Shown here in pieces: positions 13,521 to 25,491 of a DNA stretch of 35,442 bases. This DNA comes from Octopus bimaculoides (Eukaryota). The stretch covers positions 45,893,952-45,929,393 of the forward strand of contig NC_068995.1 of the NCBI RefSeq assembly GCF_001194135.2, written 5' to 3'. A program made the translations under genes and the position numbers. Numbering within the stretch: the stretch's first letter is position 1; every line of letters begins with the position of its first letter. The notes beneath the pieces are model-generated. The model was not told the origin of the DNA, ran no database searches, and was given only the letters and a program-made list of their open reading frames with translations.

Positions 13521-14619
13521 AAAACACATGCATACACACTAACGCGCAAAAAAATTGATATAGATTATCTATGAAATAACCATTTGGCCCGGAAATATCG
13601 GCTAATCTTGACAGTCTAATAGAAAATGTGTTGGTGGCTAACCTAACCTTTACATAGAACTGGAAGAAGCCAATAAATAAATAAATAAATAAATAAAAAC
13701 AACAACAATAAAAAAAAGATAAGTGAAAAACAAAACAAAATTCCACACAAGCTCCTTTCTTTTTAAAGATTTTGCTGCGTCAACTTGCTCGTTGATATAA
13801 GCGGCGATTGGCACTAGTCGAATGTCCCGTTTTTCGTTGGTTGATGATTTGATTTACGGTGAATAACTAAATTGGATTTCAATGGAAATTGTGTCTGAGA
13901 TTACTTCGTTAATGTTGAATAAAACGTAATAAAACATTTATAGTCAATTTGCTGCTAAATTGAAAAACCTTAGAAAAAAAAATAACCCCACAACTACACC
14001 AACAAAAATACATTCACAAATACACAACACACACATATACACAGATATGCTCAAACATATAAAACCACAAACAAGCACAGAAACAACTACAACAACAATA
14101 ACAGCACTAAAACAATGGCTAAAAATTGGAGAAATGTTCGAATTACGACAAAATACAAGAGGTTAGCTCGTTTGAATATTCTAAATTCACCATTTTATTC
14201 AAAGCCTAGTCAGAATAATATCCGGGACAGTAAATTCCCTACCACCCCGCCGAACTTCGTCTCGTTCTGAAAGACTCATAGCTGCCATGTTGTTGAGTTG
14301 CTTGACACGTGACCTGTGAAATACAGATTCACGTCTCCCATTGGATAGATTGTCTCCTGTTCTCCAGTAAGTTTCTTCGTTCTATTTTAATCTATCTTTT
14401 ATTAATTTATCTATGGTTTTGTCAGAGAAGGAAGGAAAAATCAATAACGTTTTCCAGGACCTTCGAGATTCTTGGCAGGAAGTTATCTTCATAGTAGAGA
14501 ACGGGTATGAAAGCTTTTAATAAAGTATACTCCATTAACATCACCCATAGGCCAGGCGGAATGTAAAACTGGGCGACGGATGAAGTCCGGTATCCAAGAA
14601 CAAGGAAGATTCCTTTTGA

Positions 14620-14757
14620 CTGGCTTCCGCACAGTGTCTTACTATCAAATTTCATTCAACAACCTTTGTTCAAACAGACGCAACGGCAGAAGACTCTACC
14701 CAAGGATACCGCGTAGTGAGATTGAACTTGAAACCACGCAATTGCAAAGCAAACCTT
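14620..14757 (-). mobile_element. Old, diverged SINE family B copy
   Basis: AGAAGACTCTACCCAAGG..CGCGTAGTGAGATTGAAC..GAAACCAC is a degenerate reverse complement of the family B head/core. Confidence 0.5.
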
Positions 14758-14902
14758 ATAATTACGCAACCATACATCACATATCTTACTTTAGCATGAA
14801 CATGGGTAACGCTTATGATACCCAGTTGAAATGATATTCTCCTTCATCTATATTAGTAAGCGGAAATACTTGACTGTCAAAACATCCATTTAACCGTTGA
14901 GT

Positions 14903-15370
14903 CAGCAGTCCCCAATCTTTCTGGCATTGAGGACCGATTTCATGTAAGACAATTTTTCCATACATCGAGGGATCAAGTGCACTACAAAACGCAATAAAGT
15001 GCGTAATATATAATCTAATTATTACTTAACACACACACACACACACACACATTACATATAAAGTTCTTTCTTCTATAAGCACAAGACCTTCCATAGACAC
15101 AAGACCCCGAAAGCACGAAAGACAAAGTTGAGCTCAGCGGAACTTGAACTCAGAACATAAAATAGCAAAATATCGCTCCGCATTTTGCCCGGCGTGCTAA
15201 CGATTCTGCCAGCTTCCCGTCTTATAATATTCGTATAATGTAAAAACACTTTGCAGGCTGCGATATTCAACAACATAGAAAAAAATTCGAACACTGAATT
15301 TTTTTCCAAGCCACCCGGTACTGGTTCATGACCCGGTACAGATCTGCGGCCCGGTGATTGGGGACATCTG
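14903..15370. mobile_element. Non-autonomous hAT (Charlie/MER1-like) element containing a nested SINE
   Basis: Terminal inverted repeats CAGCAGTCCCCAATC (14903) and GATTGGGGACATCTG (to 15370) match 13/15. The subterminal sequence GGACCGATTTCATGTAAGACAATTTTTCCA resembles hAT-Charlie MITE ends as I recall them. An 8-bp TSD is not preserved. Confidence 0.65.
15100..15223 (-). mobile_element. Family A SINE nested in the hAT element
   Basis: GACCCCGAAAG..GACAAAGTTGA..GGAACTTGAACTCAGAAC..GCCCGGCGTGCTAACGATTCTGCCAGC is the reverse complement of the family A head. Confidence 0.8.
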
Positions 15371-15454
15371 GTCTAAAAGATTCCTGTTACAATCCCAGCA
15401 GATATAGATAAACTATATGACACTTCGATCCTTGCTCGATCCGTTCAGCAAAAA

Positions 15455-15516
15455 CATCCAGAGACATGTTTCTGAGACTGATGACGAGCAAAGACTCAGA
15501 AACATGTCTCTGGATG
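15455..15516 (+). ncRNA. Perfect 22-bp hairpin containing a degenerate minimal type I hammerhead ribozyme motif (or a pre-miRNA-like fold-back)
   Basis: Arms 15455-15476 and 15495-15516 are exact reverse complements around an 18-nt loop. In order it contains CTGATGA (15478-84), stem II GAG/CTC, GAAA (15499-15502), palindromic CATG and TC (15507-08). The hairpin is certain; function is inferred. Confidence 0.5.
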
Positions 15517-15897
15517 CAGGCTTAGCTGGGTGGAGGTGCTTGTCTCCCCCTTGTAAACATAAAGACACAAGAAATGTGTCAAGGCCGACAGGAAGCGGTG
15601 CAGCTTTCTAGGTCTAACCAACAGTAGTATTATTCCCTTCAGGGGACTGTCACATTAAGTTGACAGCATACAACTACTTCATCGTATCACTACTGCATAA
15701 ATCTCTCTGAGAGATTTAGAAATGTATTATTTCTAAACTTGGAATTAAAGTTGATATAGTCATAGATTTTTGCTGAACGGAGTGAGCAATGACCGAAGTG
15801 TTATATAGTTTACTATATCTGCTGGGATTGATAGAAACTCCAAGTTTAGATGAAATGTTTTGTATAATATAGATAAATAAATAGAAGGCGTCTCCTT

Positions 15898-15955
<58 letters not shown>

Positions 15956-16101
15956 GTCTGTCTGCCTGTCTGTCTCTCTGCCTGTCTGTCCGTCATTCCC
16001 CACTCTCGCATTTGTGTGTGCATGCATGTGTGTGAATGTATATGGAAAGGGCTAGCGAGCGAGGGAGAAAGAGAGAGAAAGAGAGAGAGAGAGTGAGAGA
16101 G

Positions 16102-16150
<49 letters not shown>

Positions 16151-16467
16151 TAGAGAGAGATTGTGAATAAGGGACAGAGAGATGGTTGGGGGGGGACTAT
16201 AATTATGGGAAATTTAAACGTAGGCCCTACCCTTCGCAGATTGTCTCTCTCTCTCNNNNNNNNNNNNNNNNNNNNNNNNNNNNNNNNNNNNNNNNNNNNN
16301 NNNNNNNNNNNNNNNNNNNNNNNNNNNNNNNNNNNNNNNNNNNNNNNNNNNNNNNNNNNNNNNNNNNNNNNNNNNNNNNNNNNNNNNNNNNNNNNNNNNN
16401 NNNNNNNNNNNNNNNNNNNNNNNNNNNNNNNNNTATATATATATATGTATGTCTGTATATATATGTG

Positions 16468-16511
<44 letters not shown>

Positions 16512-16664
16512 CGTATATATATATGTATATATGTACGTATATTCATATATATATGTATGTGTGTATATGTATATAAATATATATTTATGTATGAATATAT
16601 ATGTTTATATATGACTATATGTCTCTCTCTATACATGTTTATATATGCACACACACATATATGT

Positions 16665-16879
16665 ATATGTATATATAATTGCACTTATATACCTATACGA
16701 ATTTGATATTGTCCAGTCAACTATTTAGCAGTTAATGACGGTCTAATCTCACAAACAAAGTCACCATACATACACAGTGATATTTACTTAAACACAATAT
16801 ATATGTATATATAATTGCACTTATATACCTATACGAATTTGATATTGTCCAGTCAACTATTTAGCAGTTAATGACGGTC
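16665..16879. repeat. 79-bp exact direct duplication with 136-bp period, running into a gap
   Basis: 16665-16743 is identical to 16801-16879. Confidence 0.9.
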
Positions 16880-17090
16880 NNNNNNNNNNNNNNNNNNNNN
16901 NNNNNNNNNNNNNNNNNNNNNNNNNNNNNNNNNNNNNNNNNNNNNNNNNNNNNNNNNNNNNNNNNNNNNNNNNNNNNNNNNNNNNNNNNNNNNNNNNNNN
17001 NNNNNNNNNNNNNNNNNNNNNNNNNNNNNNNNNNNNNNNNNNNNNNNNNNNNNNNNNNNNNNNNNNNNNNNNNNNNNNNNNNNNNNNNNN

Positions 17091-17137
<47 letters not shown>

Positions 17138-17740
17138 CATTCATACATATATATACATATATATGTTTCTACATATGATACATATACATGGCCAAATATA
17201 TGTGTATATGTATGTATATAAGAAGAGGGAGGGAAAGAGAAAAAGAGAAAGAAAGAAAGAGAGAAAGCAAAAAGAAAACAACAGAAAAGAATGAAAAAAA
17301 CCCCCCAAAAATGCCATAGAATAAAGGGAGGTAAAAGAGAAAGCAAAACCAAAGCTAAACCCAAAATAAATGAATGAATAAAGAAATAAAGAAATAATAA
17401 CAAATAGATAAAAAAAAAAAAGAAACCGCCGAATGTGAAGCGATAATTGATGGACAAATGAATAGGTAAACAAAACTAGTAACATTGATTTGATAAATTC
17501 TCAATTCACAGTCGATAGATGGCGCTGCGTTATTCTTTCTTTCTTCTCTGTATTTTGCTTCATTTATGTTTGATATTTTGTGCTAATTTATTGTTCTATT
17601 TGATTTATTTAGTTTCATCTTATTGAAATCATCATCGTTTGCCTTTTTATTTTTGCTTTCATCGCTTCATAGAATTCTTTTTTTGTTTACTAAAAACATA
17701 AACACATATAATATGCGCACATACACGAAAGACGCCTACG

Positions 17741-18178
<438 letters not shown>

Positions 18179-20794
18179 GTGAGTGTGTATATGCGTGAAT
18201 ATGTATGTGTGTATATATATGTATACATATAAATATATACATATATATAGCTGTATGTAACTGTATGTATGTAGATATAAGTATATAGATGTAAGCATGT
18301 GTGTATGCCTACACACACTCACACACATTTTCATAAGCAGCCAAAAGAAAAACGGCGATAGATAGAAAGATAGATAGAAAAATAGACTTAGAGAGAAAGA
18401 GAGTGAGAGAGAGAGAGAGAGAGAGAGATAGAGAGAGAGAGAGAAAGAGAGGGTGAGAGAGAGAGGAGAGTAAGATAAATTGATGAGAAAGTGAGCGACA
18501 GAAAGAGAGGTAGATGAAATAAGTACCTTATAATGTCCAATTCAAGGGAGGTAATCAAGCATAAGCAAGCAAAAAAATAAAATGGCCGCGAAGCAAACAG
18601 CACCTTTCCACCACACACACACACATTCACACCGTAAAAAGAGAGGGAGCTATAGACAGATTGATAGAAAGATAACNNNNNNNNNNNNNNNNNNNNNNNN
18701 NNNNNNNNNNNNNNNNNNNNNNNNNNNNNNNNNNNNNNNNNNNNNNNNNNNNNNNNNNNNNNNNNNNNNNNNNNNNNNNNNNNNNNNNNNNNNNNNNNNN
18801 NNNNNNNNNNNNNNNNNNNNNNNNNNNNNNNNNNNNNNNNNNNNNNNNNNNNNNNNNNNNNNNNNNNNNNNNNNNNNNNNNNNNNNNNNNNNNNNNNNNN
18901 NNNNNNNNNNNNNNNNNNNNNNNNNNNNNNNNNNNNNNNNNNNNNNNNNNNNNNNNNNNNNNNNNNNNNNNNNNNNNNNNNNNNNNNNNNNNNNNNNNNN
19001 NNNNNNNNNNNNNNNNNNNNNNNNNNNNNNNNNNNNNNNNNNNNNNNNNNNNNNNNNNNNNNNNNNNNNNNNNNNCGCCGCTGCCGCCGCTGCCGCCGCT
19101 GCCGCTGCTGCCGCCGCTACCGTCGCCACCAGCAGCACCAGCAGCACCAACAGCAGCAGCAGCAGCACCACCACCACCACCAACGACAACAACATCATAA
19201 AATGAACATCATAAATTCAACGATTATTGAAAAGGTTGCAAGACGAAACGAAAATTTTAGGAAAAAAAATGAGTAAATGAGTGGAAACTTTACCGGTGAG
19301 TGTGTTAAATGATAAGGCACTAAAAGAAAATGGCTCTCCACAGAGACAACAAAATATGCTTCAATACACGAACTCACATAAAGAATCTTGCAAACCAAAT
19401 CCAAAAACGAAGTATCATAAATTCAGTTGTATATATAGTGAAAATTTACAAAAAAAACAAACAAAAAAAAAAGACGAAGACGGGTGTGTAAACAACAAAC
19501 AGATGTATTAGTTTAACGCTCGGGAAGTGAGAAAGTCTTTTACGTTTCGAGCCTACGCTCTTCGACAGAAAGGAACGCAGAAATAAGCAGAGAGAGAAAA
19601 TAGAAAAAAGTTTAGTGGCTAACGATCTATCATGGCGAATGCCGGACAGAGGGATCACACAGGAGAGCTAGGAAGAAGGGGAGATAATAATAATGTGGTG
19701 GTGATCCCAAAATGGAGGTGCACGTGCGTGTGTATGTGAGAGCGTGTATGTGCGTGTGGAAGGGGGCTGGTGACATTGACGTGTGCGTGTGTGCATGTGT
19801 AGGTTTATATCAGTTTATAAGTCTTCACATGTGTGCAGATGTGTATAATATTGTATGCACACATATATAAACAAGTAAATGTATGTATGTATGTGTGTAT
19901 AGACTTGTGTGCATGTATATGTGGGTTAAAGATTTCCTTGTGTTTGCTTCTCAGTGTGCACGTGCGTGTGTGTGTGTGTGTGTATGAGTNNNNNNNNNNN
20001 NNNNNNNNNNNNNNNNNNNNNNNNNNNNNNNNNNNNNNNNNNNNNNNNNNNNNNNNNNNNNNNNNNNNNNNNNNNNNNNNNNNNNNNNNNNNNNNNNNNN
20101 NNNNNNNNNNNNNNNNNNNNNNNNNNNNNNNNNNNNNNNNNNNNNNNNNNNNNNNNNNNNNNNNNNNNNNNNNNNNNNNNNNNNNNNNNNNNNNNNNNNN
20201 NNNNNNNNNNNNNNNNNNNNNNNNNNNNNNNNNNNNNNNNNNNNNNNNNNNNNNNNNNNNNNNNNNNNNNNNNNNNNNNNNNNNNNNNNNNNNNNNNNNN
20301 NNNNNNNNNNNNNNNNNNNNNNNNNNNNNNNNNNNNNNNNNNNNNNNNNNNNNNNNNNNNNNNNNNNNNNNNNNNNNNNNNNNNNNNNNNNNNNNNNNNN
20401 NNNNNNNNNNNNNNNNNNNNNNNNNNNNNNNNNNNNNNNNNNNNNNNNNNNNNNNNNNNNNNNNNNNNNNNNNNNNNNNNNNNNNNNNNNNNNNNNNNNN
20501 NNNNNNNNNNNNNNNNNNNNNNNNNNNNNNNNNNNNNNNNNNNNNNNNNNNNNNNNNNNNNNNNNNNNNNNNNNNNNNNNNNNNNNNNNNNNNNNNNNNN
20601 NNNNNNNNNNNNNNNNNNNNNNNNNNNNNNNNNNNNNNNNNNNNNNNNNNNNNNNNNNNNNNNNNNNNNNNNNNNNNNNNNNNNNNNNNNNNNNNNNNNN
20701 NNNNNNNNNNNNNNNNNNNNNNNNNNNNNNNNNNNNNNNNNNNNNNNNNNNNNNNNNNNNNNNNNNNNNNNNNNNNNNNNNNNNNNNNNNNNNC

Positions 20795-20925
20795 GGTAAG
20801 GGTACACGTGTCTGTGGAGTGCTCAGCCACTTGCACGTCAATTTCACGAGCAGGCTGTTCCGTTGATCGGATCAACTGGAACCCTCGACGTCGTAAGCGA
20901 CGGAGTGCCAACAACCTCGTATGTC
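20795..20925. mobile_element. Interspersed structured repeat (family D, probably a SINE 3' region) emerging from a gap
   Basis: CACGAGCAGGCTGTTCCGTTGATCGGATCAACTGGAACCCTCGACGTCGTAAGCGACGGAGTGCCA recurs inverted at 22217-22290 and contains internal hairpins. Confidence 0.7.
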
Positions 20926-20938
20926 GTTCGCACTTTAA

Positions 20939-21009
20939 GATGATACAGTAGGATTCCAGGGATATTTCGCTCCTATTTCTAACAGCCCAAGTGATCATGT
21001 AGAGGCTCC
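20939..21009. repeat. 71-bp dispersed repeat, copy 1 (second copy 29102-29172)
   Basis: The core GATATTTCGCTCCTATTTCTAAC[A/G]GCCCAAGTGATCATGTAGAGGCTCC is 48/49 identical between the two copies, in the same orientation. Confidence 0.85.
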
Positions 21010-21054
21010 GGGGCCATAAGAAAAGTACCAATGGTACTTTTCTTATGGCCCCGG
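21008..21054. repeat. Perfect 47-bp palindrome (23-bp arms, 1-nt spacer)
   Basis: CCGGGGCCATAAGAAAAGTACCA-A-TGGTACTTTTCTTATGGCCCCGG. Confidence 0.95.
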
Positions 21055-21436
21055 CGACATGTGGAATTAGAACGCAGAACGCCACGAAGACTCTCTGTCG
21101 CATCTGCCAGTTCACCCGTCCAGTGTATGTATGTATGTATGTGCGCATGCGTATATTAGCTATTTGTATAAAATTCGCACTGACAAAAGACATAAAGCTC
21201 TGACACAATACCAACATATACAAACGCATTATGATGAAAACATATGTATATACGTATACACATCTTTCTATATATACGTCTACATCTTTCTATATATATT
21301 TCTACATATAAATATACATGCATTTGTATACATATATATAATATATATACATACATATGTACATATATACACATATATAATATATATATATTATATATAT
21401 AATATATATATGCACACACACATATATATATACTTG

Positions 21437-21486
<50 letters not shown>

Positions 21487-21576
21487 NNNNNNNNNNNNNN
21501 NNNNNNNNNNNNNNNNNNNNNNNNNNNNNNNNNNNNNNNNNNNNNNNNNNNNNNNNNNNNNNNNNNNNNNNNNNNN

Positions 21577-21647
<71 letters not shown>

Positions 21648-22098
21648 GGAGGTTAACCAGTACATTCAGCCCAAGTCCCCTGGAGTGCCAAGTAAGGGAA
21701 CCGTGAACATCCAAAGGGTGTGTGTGTGTGTGTGTGTGTGTTTTAAGCATTGCGTATTAGGCATTTCGTTTACATAGAGAACATGTGTTAGCACACTGTC
21801 GCACGTGAGAGTATGCGTGTATAAACAAACGTGCGTGAGTTCGACCGCTGTCACCGCAACCAATGAACTTCGTGCCGTCATCAAGATACACAGTGATTCT
21901 GCCCTTCTGTCAAACATTAACAAGGTTATTGTGTCTTTGTATATATATAAAATAGTTACGTTTGTACTCTCATTTGTGGGCCCCGGAAAATAAACGTAAC
22001 CAATAACAATAGCTTGTGGCCTTTATATATTTTGTATAGTTTATATATACATATACACATACACACATACACACATACATGCATACATACATGCATAC

Positions 22099-22192
<94 letters not shown>

Positions 22193-22216
22193 ATATCTAT
22201 ATCTATATTATCTTTA

Positions 22217-22290
22217 TGTGTCGTGGCACTCCGTCGGTTACGACGGCGAGTGTTCCAGATGATCCGATCAACGGAACAGCCTGCTCGTGG
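22217..22290. mobile_element. Family D repeat fragment, inverted relative to 20795-20925
   Basis: TGGCACTCCGTCGGTTACGACGGCGAGTGTTCCAGATGATCCGATCAACGGAACAGCCTGCTCGTG. Confidence 0.7.
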
Positions 22291-22376
22291 AACAGTGAAT
22301 GTCGGACTGGAAGCACTAGAAGTATTTACTCCGGTTGTTTGCGTTCGGACATCGCTCTTACGTTTACATACGTACA

Positions 22377-22608
22377 TACTGATTGTCCGGAAAGTTCGTG
22401 CCGATTTATAGTAGCTTACCTTTTGACTTAATTGCCATGAAACCATCTCAATTCAGGGAAGAGGGTATTTTCAAGTTAAAGCGAAGATGGAGACGCATTG
22501 TGCAACAAAATGGTTCATATTTGGTTGATTAAAAATGTAATGGCAAGGATTTATTGACCTTTTTCTTTCCTTTAAAAAACCGGCACGAACTTTCCGGACA
22601 AACTAATA
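22377..22608 (+). mobile_element. 232-bp non-autonomous mariner derivative (MITE-like)
   Basis: Inverted ends TACTGATTGTCCGGAAAGTTCGTGCCG / CGGCACGAACTTTCCGGACAAACTAATA share a 21-bp perfect core, with TA at both ends. The interior retains a transposase C-terminus PSQFREEGIFKLKRRWRRIVQQNGSYLVD*. Confidence 0.88.
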
Positions 22609-22632
22609 CATACTCTTTTACTCTTTTGCGCC

Positions 22633-22845
22633 TTTACTTGTTTCAGTCATTTGACTGCGGCCATGCTGGTGCACCGGTTAATGGGTTTTAGTCGAAGAAA
22701 TCGACTCCAGGACGTATTTTTTGTAAGCCTTATACTTATTCTATCGGTCTCTTTAACCGAACCGTTAAGATTCGGGGATGTAAACACACCAGCATCAGTT
22801 GTCAAGCCATGGTGGAGGGACAAACACAGACACAAAGACACACAC

Positions 22846-22846
<1 letters not shown>
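22633..22846 (-). mobile_element. SINE family B body/3' part, inverted
   Basis: TTTACTTGTTTCAGTCATTTGACTGCGGCCATGCTGG...CCGAACCGTTAAG...AAACACACCAGCATC.GTTGTCAAG is the reverse complement of 28405-28620. Confidence 0.85.
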
Positions 22847-22913
<67 letters not shown>

Positions 22914-22973
22914 ATGTATTTACCTCCCAATATAGTTTGCTACTCATAAAGGTTGGATGAACAAATTGTTTGA

Positions 22974-23015
<42 letters not shown>

Positions 23016-23340
23016 CGGGAAGACGGGACGGAGGAACAAGAAAAAACAATAGATAGGTGGATAAATTGATTGATAGACTGATAGAGAAATAAAAAAGAAA
23101 TAATGATACATGCATAAATAAATAAATAGAATGATAAATAGACAAGAAATTACTGAGTAGTACACCAAATGCTGGGCTCCAAACAACCACAACGGTGAAA
23201 CGCACGTAAGAACTATAATATAAATTTGTGCTTATCCTTATTTCTCTCTCTCTCTCGCACGCACACACAAACACACACAGACACACAAACACATGCGCAC
23301 ACATACACTCATGTATGTATAAACACACACAAACATATAT

Positions 23341-23389
<49 letters not shown>

Positions 23390-24128
23390 GAAATTGTTAG
23401 GACAGCTGCTCTGAAGGATTGCTATACAAGAGCAACAGACACAAAGCACGAAGGCAAGAAAGAGAAAGAAACGCTCTACTAACAACATTTTCGATTCATT
23501 ATCGTCAACAGTTAAACCAAATAATGAAACGTCACATCCTTGATATATATAATTAACAAAATGCAAAAAAACAAAAAAACAAAACAAAACAAAACCCCCC
23601 AAAAAAGAACGAAGCCAAATACAATAAATGAAATAATCAAAATAGGTAGAATAACAAANNNNNNNNNNNNNNNNNNNNNNNNNNNNNNNNNNNNNNNNNN
23701 NNNNNNNNNNNNNNNNNNNNNNNNNNNNNNNNNNNNNNNNNNNNNNNNNNNNNNNNNNNNNNNNNNNNNNNNNNNNNNNNNNNNNNNNNNNNNNNNNNNN
23801 NNNNNNNNNNNNNNNNNNNNNNNNNNNNNNNNNNNNNNNNNNNNNNNNNNNNNNNNNNNNNNNNNNNNNNNNNNNNNNNNNNNNNNNNNNNNNNNNNNNN
23901 NNNNNNNNNNNNNNNNNNNNNNNNNNNNNNNNNNNNNNNNNNNNNNNNNNNNNNNNNNNNNNNNNNNNNNNNNNNNNNNNNNNNNNNNNNNNNNNNNNNN
24001 NNNNNNNNNNNNNNNNNNNNNNNNNNNNNNNNNNNNNNNNNNNNNNNNNNNNNNNNNNNNNNNNNNNNNNNNNNNNNNNNNNNNNNNNNNNNNNNNNNNN
24101 NNNNNNNNNNNNNNNNNNNNNNNNNNNN

Positions 24129-24174
<46 letters not shown>

Positions 24175-24291
24175 CTCTCTATCTATTTATCTATCTATCT
24201 ACTTTCTTACCAACCTTCCACATATCTATCTATCTGTTTGTTTGTCCGTCTGTCTGTCTGTGTGTTTACTGTGTATATATGTATGTCTGTC

Positions 24292-24364
<73 letters not shown>

Positions 24365-24863
24365 CCTGCCTGCCTGCCTGCCTACTTACCTACCTACCTA
24401 CCTACCTGTCTGTCTGTCTGTCTTTCTGTCTGTCTGTCTTTCTGTCTGTCTGCCTTTCTGTCTGTGATCTGTTTGTCCGCAACGATCGACATTATTCAGT
24501 AAATGTGACTTGTCTCTCCATTACGCTTTAATTACTTGTAGTTCATTAATTTTCTTTTAATGAAAAAGTATTTCCTTTGTGTGCTGTGTATTTTTCTCTT
24601 ACCCTCACAAAGCCAAACTCTAAGTAGCCCTCATTAATAGGGGCGCTATTTCGTGAAGAATGTTGTAGGGGTTGCTTTAATCGTGCCTCCCCCGGTTTCT
24701 AAGTCAGTATATAGTATATATCCAAATTTTATCAATTCTTTCATAAGTAACAAAATAATATTGTTGTTATAAGAATACAAGATATAAACTATACAATACT
24801 ATAATAATAATTACTGTGGTTATTGAATTTAGTTAGTAAGCCAAATAAAACTATTTATTTATC

Positions 24864-24945
<82 letters not shown>

Positions 24946-24955
24946 CATCATTGTT
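24129..24955. repeat. (TATC)n/(TGCC)n/(TACC)n/(TGTC)n block and (ATT)n array
   Basis: Direct reading. Confidence 0.9.
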
Positions 24956-25386
24956 GTCATAATTATCATCAATTAATCAATAAATTGAATGAATGTATTT
25001 ATACATATAATTATTTAGTATAATGAAGACATGTTATTTCTGATATGTAATTAATATTAAATTACTAATATAATGATGTATTTTACAGTAACTACAAGAA
25101 TATGCACTAAAAAAATTCAAAATTCTGAATTAATCCTCTAAAAAATTAATTCTCCAAATTCAACATTATCATATAGATTTAGATGACAAAACTTAATGAT
25201 ATACATACATACATACACACACACACNNNNNNNNNNNNNNNNNNNNNNNNNNNNNNNNNNNNNNNNNNNNNNNNNNNNNNNNNNNNNNNNNNNNNNNNNN
25301 NNNNNNNNNNNNNNNNNNNNNNNNNNNNNNNNNNNNNNNNNNNNNNNNNNNTATATATATATATATGCATATACATACACATACAT

Positions 25387-25444
<58 letters not shown>

Positions 25445-25491
25445 GCTCATGCATGCGCGCGCGCACATTAGAAAAATAAACCTATATATAA

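Noticed and set aside
13806-13819. 14-mer GATTGGCACTAGTC shared with 35361-35374
   Set aside because: About one exact 14-mer match is expected by chance in this much sequence, and the flanks do not align.
14309-14373. CA|GTAAGT donor with upstream CACGTG and ATTGG as Rx exon 1
   Set aside because: The preceding frame (TCEIQIHVSHWIDCLLFS) has no Rx similarity, and the donor has a weak exonic context.
21860-21890. ELRAVIK peptide resembling a mariner N-terminus
   Set aside because: Only 7 residues, with no continuation or TIR.
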